DNA from: Candidatus Latescibacterota bacterium
GTDB taxonomy: Bacteria > Latescibacterota > UBA2968 > UBA8231
Reading direction: 5' to 3'
Length of the DNA stretch: 64,000 bases
Assembly: GCA_036336855.1 (NCBI GenBank)
Contig: JAYZFI010000036.1
Span: forward strand, 14,871 to 78,870
Of this stretch, positions 17,907 to 26,600 are shown in pieces (the first letter of the stretch is position 1; each line of letters starts with the position of its first letter). The notes under the pieces were generated by a model, which saw nothing but the letters and a program-made list of their open reading frames with translations, did not search any database and was not told the origin of the DNA. Made by a program: the position numbers and the translations under genes.

Positions 17907-18809
17907 CTATGTGCCCCGGTCTACGGGCCAGTTCTCGCGCCATCGCGACCTCTCCGGCGGAGGTTCGCGCTCCGGTCGCCATTGTCGCATGGTCTCGAAC
18001 TCTTGGATCAAAGGCTCCACCTCAGCGTTCCAGAACCGCTCGACATCGCCGTAGGTGCGCAGCCGCGACGGGTGCCCGGGGTCGTAGGCATCCAATAGCT
18101 CATCACGCTTGTTGGCCAGCCAGGCAACCTCGTCGGCGACCATCTTCTTGCCCGCTTCCAGACGTGACTCCGCCGCATTCTTACCCATGGCGAACAGCGG
18201 AAATTGGGGATCGTCAGGAATGCGATCCACCTCCACGCAGTCCGGCTCCAAGGCCCAAAGCAGTGAGGTCTCCACCTTGCCGGCGTGATCGCCGCCAGCG
18301 CCGTCGTTGGGAAATCCCGGCTCGTTGGCCTCGAAGTCGGGCAGACCGTAGAGCCGCACCCGAACCCAGGGCTGGATGAGATCGACGAGTGACTTCAGAT
18401 CCTTCCAGTTCGGTCCGTAGTGGCCTGTGAGCAGGATCGCCGCCTGGAAGTCGAGAACCTCGGCGGCGCGAATGTGGTAGCAAATAGACTTGAAGTGGTG
18501 CCAGGGCGGAACCGCCGACATCCAGGGCTTCACCTCCCCCACGCTATCGTAGGCCCACGAAGCATAGCCGCCGATCTCGTGAATGTGCCAGAAGTCGGGA
18601 GGCGCCACGATGCCACCGTGCTCGCGCGCCAGGCGCACAAGGATGCCGTGAGCCTTGAGGCCGTCAAGCCCCAGCGCGTTCTGTGGGCCGTGCGGCTCGC
18701 ACAGTCCGTACGGGAAGTACAGCCCCGGGCAGGCGCCAAAGGCGACCTCCAACTGATGGGGGAACATGCGCTCCCAGCGCACTTCGCGATCACTGTTGTT
18801 GTCACTCAT
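17907..18809 (-). CDS. Creatininase-family amidohydrolase
   Basis: LCEPHGPQNALGLD and later His/Glu-containing blocks resemble the creatinine amidohydrolase family. An ATGA overlap links it to the upstream SDR gene. Confidence 0.75.
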   Translation of the reverse strand: MSDNNSDREVRWERMFPHQLEVAFGACPGLYFPYGLCEPHGPQNALGLDGLKAHGILVRLAREHGGIVAPPDFWHIHEIGGYASWAYDSVGEVKPWMSAVPPWHHFKSICYHIRAAEVLDFQAAILLTGHYGPNWKDLKSLVDLIQPWVRVRLYGLPDFEANEPGFPNDGAGGDHAGKVETSLLWALEPDCVEVDRIPDDPQFPLFAMGKNAAESRLEAGKKMVADEVAWLANKRDELLDAYDPGHPSRLRTYGDVERFWNAEVEPLIQEFETMRQWRPEREPPPERSRWRENWPVDRGT

Positions 18810-19576
18810 TGGTAGGATTCCGTGCGATCACCGCCGTTGACGGTCAAGTTCTGACCGGTGAGATAGCTCGCCTCATCGCTAGAGAGAAAAGCAACGACAC
18901 GGGCGATCTCCTCGGCGGTGCCGGGCCGTCCTATGGGAATGGTGGCTACGAACCGAGCCAACACCTCGGGATCGCGGCGATCCATCGCTCCCTGCCCCAT
19001 GCCCGCGGCAATGAGTCCGGGCGACAGGGCGTTGACGCGAATACCGTCTCGGGCGACCTCCTTGGATAGCACCTGGCTCAAAGCCACGAGCCCCGCCTTG
19101 GAGGCGGCGTACGCAGAGCTACCACCGGGCAAGCTGTTGACGATATTGGAGGAAATGTTAACGATGCTGCCGGCGCCGCGCGCACGCAGCGCCGGCACGG
19201 CAGCGCGACAGAGATAGAATACGCTGTTGAGGTTGACGTCCATCATGTGGTCCCAGTCGCCGACCTCCGTGTCCTCCAGATTCACCCCTCCGAGGGTGAT
19301 CCCGTGGTTGTTGACGAGAATGTCGATTCCCCCGAGTCCCTGAACGACCTCCTTCACAAGTGCCTCGGCGCCTTCGGCGGAGGCGACGTCGGCGGAGACG
19401 AGCTCGGCGCGACGGCCTTCGGCGGTGAGTGCCGCCACGAACTCTCTCGCCAGGGCCTCGTTGCGATGGTAGTGGACAGCCACAGTGGCACCCTCGGCGG
19501 CGAGTTCGGCGCAGATCGCGCTGCCGAGCCCGCCGGATCCGCCGGTGACGAGGGCATTCTTACCCTCCAGTCTCAT
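18806..19576 (-). CDS. Short-chain dehydrogenase/reductase (FabG-like)
   Basis: TGGSGGLGSAI cofactor motif, NNHG, and the catalytic S...YAASK. Confidence 0.9.
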   Translation of the reverse strand: MRLEGKNALVTGGSGGLGSAICAELAAEGATVAVHYHRNEALAREFVAALTAEGRRAELVSADVASAEGAEALVKEVVQGLGGIDILVNNHGITLGGVNLEDTEVGDWDHMMDVNLNSVFYLCRAAVPALRARGAGSIVNISSNIVNSLPGGSSAYAASKAGLVALSQVLSKEVARDGIRVNALSPGLIAAGMGQGAMDRRDPEVLARFVATIPIGRPGTAEEIARVVAFLSSDEASYLTGQNLTVNGGDRTESYQ

Positions 19577-19664
19577 TCCATCTCCCTCTGCTCAGGTGTG
19601 AATGGCCAACTAGCAATAAACCGAGGGAGATTGACGGGGGCAATGCGAGAGACGGGACGACAGG

Positions 19665-19694
19665 TAGACAGAGTCGGCGCTGCGCCCATATACT
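19665..19694 (+). promoter_or_regulatory. Candidate promoter giving a leaderless MFS mRNA
   Basis: TAGACA (19665-19670), an 18-nt spacer, then TATACT (19689-19694). The ATG lies 6 nt after the -10 and there is no SD. Confidence 0.3.
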
Positions 19695-19700
19695 CGCACC

Positions 19701-20981
19701 ATGGCATTGACTCGGGAGGGACGCGCGATCTGGGCGTGGTCGTTTTACGATTTCGCCAACAGCTCCTTCACCACCCTCGTCGTCACCTTCATCTACGCGG
19801 CCTACTTCGCCGACGCTCTGGCCCCGGACGACTTCACAGGAACAGCGCTATGGTCGAAGGGCGTCGCCATCAGTGGCATCGCCGTGGCCCTCCTGTCACC
19901 TCCCTTAGGAGCGCTGGCTGACGCCTGCTCCTGCCGTCGGCTGTTCCTTTTGATCTCTACTGCCCTTTGCGTACTCTGCACGGTGGGCCTGTTCTTTCCC
20001 GTCCCCGGAGAGGTGTATCAGGCGTTGGCTTGGTTCATGGTCGCCAACATCTCTTTCGAACTTGGCAGCGTATTCTACAACTCCTTTCTACCAGAGATCG
20101 CCTCGGCCGATCGCATAGGCCGAGTCTCTGGCTACGGATGGTCCTTCGGCTACGTGGGCGGTCTGCTGTGTATGGGCATAGCCATGGTGGGCTTCGTCAA
20201 CTCGGAGACACCGTGGTTCGGCTTCGGCACCGAGCAGGGCGAGCATTATCGCGCCACTAATCTGTTGGTGGCCGTTTGGTTTACTGTGTTCTCGCTGCCG
20301 GCCCTACTGTGGCTGCGCGAGAGCAAGTGCGATGCCCAACAACTAAGCTGGGCGATCGCATCTCGTTCCCTCACGCGGTTGTGGGCAACGGTGCGCAAGG
20401 TGCGCGGCTATCCGCAGATCGTGCGCTTGCTCATCGCCCGTCTGTTCTACAACGATGGCATGGTAACAGTTTTCGCCTTCGGTGGTATCTACGCCGTCAC
20501 CACCTTCCAGTTCAGCTTCGAGCAACTGATGTACTTTGGACTCACCTTGAACGTCTCCGCCGGCGTCGGGGCCTTCCTGTTCGGCTTCGTCGACGATCGA
20601 GTCGGGGCCCGACCAACGATCTTCATCAGCCTCACCGGGCTCATCGCCGCGTCGTTGACGGCAGCGATCACCGAGAACTCCACCGTGTTCTGGGTGACAG
20701 GCATCATCATCGGCCTGCTCTCCGGTCCAGCGCAATCAGCGAGCCGCTCGATGATGGCCCGCTTCATTCCCAACCACATGGAAAGCGAGTTCTTCGGGTT
20801 CTACGCGTTCTCAGGAAAGGCGACGGCCTTCATCGGGCCCCTCCTGCTCGGCGAGCTCACACTCGGCTTCGGCAGCCAGCGCGCCGGGATCTCGGTGGTG
20901 GTCGTATTGCTGCTGCTGGGAGCATTGTTGCTTACCCGGGTGGATACCGCCGAGGGCCAGCGCGCTGCGGGCCGGGGATAG
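19701..20981 (+). CDS. MFS transporter, UMF1/Atg22-like family
   Basis: 426 aa with about 12 hydrophobic helices. The N-terminal WAWSFYDFANSSF block is characteristic of UMF1-family MFS proteins. Confidence 0.8.
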   Translation: MALTREGRAIWAWSFYDFANSSFTTLVVTFIYAAYFADALAPDDFTGTALWSKGVAISGIAVALLSPPLGALADACSCRRLFLLISTALCVLCTVGLFFPVPGEVYQALAWFMVANISFELGSVFYNSFLPEIASADRIGRVSGYGWSFGYVGGLLCMGIAMVGFVNSETPWFGFGTEQGEHYRATNLLVAVWFTVFSLPALLWLRESKCDAQQLSWAIASRSLTRLWATVRKVRGYPQIVRLLIARLFYNDGMVTVFAFGGIYAVTTFQFSFEQLMYFGLTLNVSAGVGAFLFGFVDDRVGARPTIFISLTGLIAASLTAAITENSTVFWVTGIIIGLLSGPAQSASRSMMARFIPNHMESEFFGFYAFSGKATAFIGPLLLGELTLGFGSQRAGISVVVVLLLLGALLLTRVDTAEGQRAAGRG

Positions 20982-20990
20982 TCACGACAC

Positions 20991-23675
20991 TCAAAACTCG
21001 GTTGCGGAAACCGCCTTTCGGATCATGAGGATGGCGGAGCAGAACATCCCCACCAGTGCCAGTCCCACACCATAGCCCACCGCCAGCACCATGGCGTACC
21101 GCCGCCACTCCTGCTTGCCGTAGCGCTTCCAGAAGTAGCGGCGCGCCAATAGAGCACCGATGAACTCGGTGAACATGGCGAAGAACGTCGCCGCCCCCGA
21201 CTGAGCCACGGCGCCGATGAAGCCCCAGACAAAGAACATGGGCATGCCGAAGAAGCTAAGTACGCTGTAGAGGGCCAGTGCGAAGGTCGTGCCCAGCGCT
21301 AGGATCGGCCACTTCCGGCCCTGTAACGGATGGTGGGTGTCCTCGTCAATCTCACCATCGCCATCGTCGTCGCGCTGGTTGAGGTACTCCTCGTCGGCGA
21401 CACCGTCGAAGTCATCGTCACGGCCGTTGCCGGTGTAGTCAAGATCCTCCCAGTAGATCTTGAAGAACATGGGCCGCTCGTTGGAACCCTGGTAAAAATC
21501 GCCCCGGAAAGTGGAATCGGTATCGAGCTCGAAAACGACTTCGAGGCGGTCCTGCCACTCCCTAGGAACGGAAGCTCGCAGGTAGGGTTCGGGCGAAGTG
21601 ACGATGTCGCCCTCGTCGGGGGTGACCATTTGTGGCAGCGGCAGGTGGTACTGCTCGTCGCGCTCGGGCGACAACTCCATGAACTGAGGCTCACGGCTGT
21701 CGACGCCATCGCCCTCGAAATCGGTGTAGAAATAGCCCCGCTTCGTCCACGGCGAATAGCGGCGCAGGTCGAGATTACGCACGTCGAGTTCTTCCGTGAC
21801 CCGCATGCGCCAGTAGTAGAGCTCATCGTCCTGCAGATTCGCCGGCGACCAAGCGAACTCGCCAGGCTGCAGCTGGCGGCCTTCAACTTCTTCCCCTGCC
21901 TCGTAGAGCAGACTGTATTGGGTCGCCGAGTACCTCACCGCGCTGTTAAAGGCCATCGCTGGCCAGAACGTCTGTACGTACGGGTAGGCATCAGAGGGAA
22001 TCGGGGCCAGGCGCCACAGGAAGCTCCAGTACAGTAGGCTACCGCCGAGCACGATGGGCACCATGACCAGCTCGGCCTTGAGCAGGCTGGTGAAGCGCAT
22101 GCCGGTGAGCTCGATGACCCGGAAAACCTCAGCATTGCCGCCGAAGTCGGAGCCGGCCAGTGGCACGAACCAGATCTCCACGCCGCGGTAGCCGGTGAGG
22201 AAGACGGTGGCCTCATGCAGATGTGGGATCTGGATATTGCGGCCCAACAGACCGTCCAAACGCGCCGACACGAAGGACATGAGCGGCGCGTACACGAAGG
22301 CCATCAACACGATCAACAGCAGGATGCCAGTGGTGATCAGCGTCGGGAATAGCGTCTTGGCGAGCACGATGGGGTACGCAGCGCCGATGAAGAACAGAGT
22401 AATGCAGACCCACAACGGGAAGTCGCCGCGGTTGAGATGGGTCATGCAGTAGCCACGCACCTGCGCCTGATTGTGGCACTCCGGATGACGGCACTCGTCG
22501 CCATCGCGCTGGTGGCCTTCCTGTCCCTGCTGGGCCTCGAAGGCTTGGTCCTGCATGCGCTCGCGGCCTGCGCGCACAACCTGGATAATGCTGATCAGAG
22601 CCAGCGACAAGGTGACCCCCATGGCGAAGGGCGACCAAAAATCGACCCCAGCGGTGATCTGCGTCTGCACAGCGCCCATGCCCGGCACCCAGCGCGGCAT
22701 CATTCCGAAGTGGTGGAGGATCGGCGAGATGGTGATGAAGGAGAGCACCCCGGCAAAGCCACCCATGATGCCCCAGAATGGAGCCAGCAAGCCGACGAAG
22801 ATCGGCGACAACGTGAAGGGAATGGCGATCGGCGTGCCGCCGAGAAAGCGCCCGAGGATCGGCGTCAGGTCAGCGAAGGGGTTGGGCAGAATGACAACCC
22901 TGGTGCCGCTGAAGGTCTCGGTCAACGCCGGCACCGCCACGTAGATGAGACCGAACACGAGGCCGATGGCGCCACCGATGGTGAAGCAGGGCCACTTCCA
23001 GGTCTGCTCCTCGGAACCGCTCTCCTCTGCCAGAGCCATCGCTCCCAGAGCCTGCTGTGGCGCCGTCGGGAAGGGCAGGCGCTCGCGGTCCGACACCAGG
23101 CGAAACAGCACGTACCCGGAAGTGAACCAGGTGATTTTGGAGACGACGATTCCCACCACTAGGAGCGCGATGGGCAACACCCAATCGGGGTGGAAGAACG
23201 TGCGCTCAATGAGGGCGGGAGAGTCCAGAGGCGGTGTGTACCAGCCCCGGCCCATAAATTTCAAATTCGCCAGCTTCTCCGTGAGCCCGAACTGCTGGGC
23301 TTCCTGAGAAGCGACGAAGTACTGGCGGAAAATGAGCTCCTGAAAAGTTTGGCTTTGGGCACGAGCGATGAGCTGCGACGCCGCGTAGGTGAGCAGGAAG
23401 ATCTCCTGGCGCCGCAGGGTGGTAAAGGATCGCTTGGCGATCTCGAGAAAGAGAATCACCGTCACCCATTGGGCGGCGTCGCCAATACCAAGACCAGTGG
23501 TCAGCGACAGGTAGAGCTGGCCTGGGGTCATGATGAAGGCGATGAACAAGACCCCGATGACGGTCTTCTTGGTGAATCCGTGCTCGAATTCGTTCGGCGC
23601 CTGCAGGAGATCGCGGTACTCGTTGATCTCTTCGTACTGGCGGCTGCGCTTGGCCCGTCTGCTCTCTTCCGACAT
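20991..23675 (-). CDS. Polytopic membrane protein, distantly OPT-transporter-like, with inserted zinc-ribbon-like loop and acidic DxDxDG-repeat domain (operon gene 3)
   Basis: 894 aa with many hydrophobic helices. OPT-like segments are FTKKTVIGVLFIAF...LYLSLTTGL and RERLPFPTAPQQALGAM. Two inserts are CRHPECHNQAQVRGYCMTH (aa 395-413) and a soluble insert at about aa 590-785. The start overlaps the gene 2 stop (TGATG). Confidence 0.85.
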   Translation of the reverse strand: MSEESRRAKRSRQYEEINEYRDLLQAPNEFEHGFTKKTVIGVLFIAFIMTPGQLYLSLTTGLGIGDAAQWVTVILFLEIAKRSFTTLRRQEIFLLTYAASQLIARAQSQTFQELIFRQYFVASQEAQQFGLTEKLANLKFMGRGWYTPPLDSPALIERTFFHPDWVLPIALLVVGIVVSKITWFTSGYVLFRLVSDRERLPFPTAPQQALGAMALAEESGSEEQTWKWPCFTIGGAIGLVFGLIYVAVPALTETFSGTRVVILPNPFADLTPILGRFLGGTPIAIPFTLSPIFVGLLAPFWGIMGGFAGVLSFITISPILHHFGMMPRWVPGMGAVQTQITAGVDFWSPFAMGVTLSLALISIIQVVRAGRERMQDQAFEAQQGQEGHQRDGDECRHPECHNQAQVRGYCMTHLNRGDFPLWVCITLFFIGAAYPIVLAKTLFPTLITTGILLLIVLMAFVYAPLMSFVSARLDGLLGRNIQIPHLHEATVFLTGYRGVEIWFVPLAGSDFGGNAEVFRVIELTGMRFTSLLKAELVMVPIVLGGSLLYWSFLWRLAPIPSDAYPYVQTFWPAMAFNSAVRYSATQYSLLYEAGEEVEGRQLQPGEFAWSPANLQDDELYYWRMRVTEELDVRNLDLRRYSPWTKRGYFYTDFEGDGVDSREPQFMELSPERDEQYHLPLPQMVTPDEGDIVTSPEPYLRASVPREWQDRLEVVFELDTDSTFRGDFYQGSNERPMFFKIYWEDLDYTGNGRDDDFDGVADEEYLNQRDDDGDGEIDEDTHHPLQGRKWPILALGTTFALALYSVLSFFGMPMFFVWGFIGAVAQSGAATFFAMFTEFIGALLARRYFWKRYGKQEWRRYAMVLAVGYGVGLALVGMFCSAILMIRKAVSATEF

Positions 23676-26600
23676 CAGCCCGCCGCTTCACCGTCGGCGA
23701 AACCGAGGTCATCGGCCCGCTGCGCCACGTGACGGCAGGTCTCAGTGTGCCTCTGCTGGATGTCGTCCCTCAGTGTCTGCCAGACGAGGAACTGCTTCCG
23801 CAACTCGAGCATGAAACCTAGATTGAGCCGCTTCCAGAATGCCAGCGGACCCGAGATCCTCTCGATGTAGAGATCGATCTCGTGAATGCTTGGATCCTGG
23901 GTAGGCATGGTGGTGAACTGCAAGTACTGGCTCACGCCCATGTCGAAAGGCGCCAGCCACAGCAGCAGCTGCACAGAGTAGACCTTGATCTGGTCAGTCT
24001 CCTCCACCACGATGCGGGTCTTCTCCGTGTACATCTTGCCCACCGACTCATGGCCGTGCGAAGAAAAGAGCGTGTACAGGTATCCGCACAGACTCTCAAT
24101 GGCATTCACGTTCACTGTGAAGGGAAAGGAAAACTGCCAGACGTCGCCGTCGGGATCGGGCAGCTGCCAGCGCCGTACCACGTCGGGTACCGCCATCTGC
24201 GACGCCACCCGGGACGGGTACAGAGTGGAGACGATAACAACGAGCATCACCAGCATGGCCCCGGCGACCGCGGAGGTGGAGGAGTAGTTGAGGCTTACGC
24301 CGCCGAGCATGTTGAGGGCGAGCAGAATCTTCGCGCCCACCTGCCCCACGATGTAGCCAATGACGACGCCGAGCACACCGTATACGCAGGCTTCGGCAAT
24401 GAACAGGAAGGCGATGTGAATTGGCGCCAGGCCCACCGAGGAGTACACACCGATTTCTCGGAAGCGTTCGTACACAGCACCCATCATGGTGTTGAGGACG
24501 ATAAGCGCGGCGATGAGCATGGGGATCACCAGCGCCCCGAAGCCTTCGGCGCTGGTGGAGCCGAACGCGGTGTAGGCGAAGGTGCGCAGCTCACCCTCGT
24601 CGTCGGGCATGCCGACGAACAGCCGGAAGGCGGCACGCGACAGGTAGCTCTGGATAAGCGCCTCAGCATCAGTGTCGTCGTCAAAGCGCACCGCTACCGA
24701 CATGAGTTCTGCACCCATGCTCTCGAGTTCGCGGTAGGGTAGGATTGCCAATCGCGCCGCCGCCTGGTGCTCGTAGCCGATATCCACGTCCGCCTCGAAG
24801 AGCATCATCTCGTTCATCAAGAACATGACGTCCATGCCCGGCATGTTAAACTGCTCGAACTGCTCCTTGGCCGGGGTCATAGGCTGGTTGTTGAGATCGC
24901 GGATCGATTCCAGTACCTGGGAGTCATAAATGCCGCGCACGTCCCACCAACGACCGTGGATCTGCACTTTCGGCGCGGCCTGTTCTCCGCGCTCGGCGGC
25001 CTCAACCTCCTCCGAGGTGATCTGCAAACGCTCGGCCATGGCGTCGGCAAGGATCACCGACCCCTCGAATTCCTTCTCGAACCAGCTACCGGCGACCAAG
25101 GCCTGGTCGATGCCGGTGACTTGGGGCTCGCGCCGGTCCATGCCGAGCAGACCCAGGGCGCCGGCTTCAAGGCCATCATGCCGAAGGGGGATGAAGCCGT
25201 CCTCTTCGAAACCCATGATGTCCCAGGTACGGGGCACAACCACCCCATGGGCGCCGAAGTGGTCGTTGAGGTAGTCGAAGTGGGTCGGCTCCCAGGACCA
25301 CCAGTGGATGTCGTGCATGAGCAACCCGTGGTAGGCGGGCTTCCAGTCTTTGAGAAAGCCAACGAACTGGATCTGCGGTCGGAAGCTGGTAAAGGAGAGC
25401 ACCGTGAAGGTGAGTAGGGTGATGGTCGCCAGGGTCAGACTCGTGCGCATCACCCGCCGGCGCATGTTGGAGATGCCGAGCATGAAGGCGACATAGGCCG
25501 TTCCCGAGCGACTGATTTCGCCACTGGCCGTACCCGAACGTGTCTGGCTCAGCTCGGTCATGAACTCGTTGAAGCGCGACATCACCAGAGAGATGACGAA
25601 GAACGCCATCACTATGACCATGAGAGCTAGCAGCACGATGATCGGCTGGGCGAGCTCGAAGGCGGGGTGCACCTGAGACATGATCAACCAGATCACCGCA
25701 GTGATGGCGCCAAACATCGCCAACTGCCGCCGGACGTCGGTGGAGGCAAAGATGAGCCGCTCGGCAAAGAACGCCGCCGGCACCAGCAGGGCCATGAAGA
25801 ACACGAGACCGTTCATGACGTCGTTCTGGGTTCCGCGCACATCCGGATAGGCGCCGAACTCTAGGCCGATGGCTTCGCGTGCGTGGCGGATGTAGTCGCC
25901 CCAATTGAGGTCGGTTATGGCCTGATCTGCTTTCTCGATGGAGCGGGCGGCGCGGTCGTGTAGGGCTTCCAAGCGGGGATTCTCGATGGCGAACTCGCGC
26001 ATCCGTTCGATGCGCGCTTCGTCGAGGCGCCACATGTCCTTGGTGCTTTGCAGCATGGAATGACGCACCATGCGATTGCCCGCGAAGCCGAAACCCCGGC
26101 CCTGTCCCGTCGTCTCGTCGGTAGTGCCTTCGTTGCCCAGTAGGATCATCGACTCCGAGACCACTCGCAAAGAATCTTCGAGCCCGGCGAACAACAGCAT
26201 CATCTGCTCGTCGACGTCCCCCATGGCGAAGCCATACTGACGAGGCGTGGCACCGCGGCGATCGAGGACCTTCATCTCCTTCGAGAAGTTGCCCATGGCA
26301 AAGTGGAAGTGGGCGTGGACGCGATCGTAGATCTCGATACTCTCCGCCGGGAACATAATCGTCGTCCACGCCGTTTCCGCTTTGCCCAAGGTCTGCTCCC
26401 AAGCACCGATTGCCTGGGCCCGCTCGCCGTGGTCGGTGGCGTGAGTGATCTCCCCGGTCTCGAGATCCATCTTGTAGCTATGTAGCTGCGTTGGCCGCTT
26501 GCTCAGTCCACGCGACTTGTAGTTTCCATATTCATCGGCTATTTCTAGCCTCGGTCGCCACATGTTCGACCGGTGTCCCAGTTTGCGGATCCACACCAGG

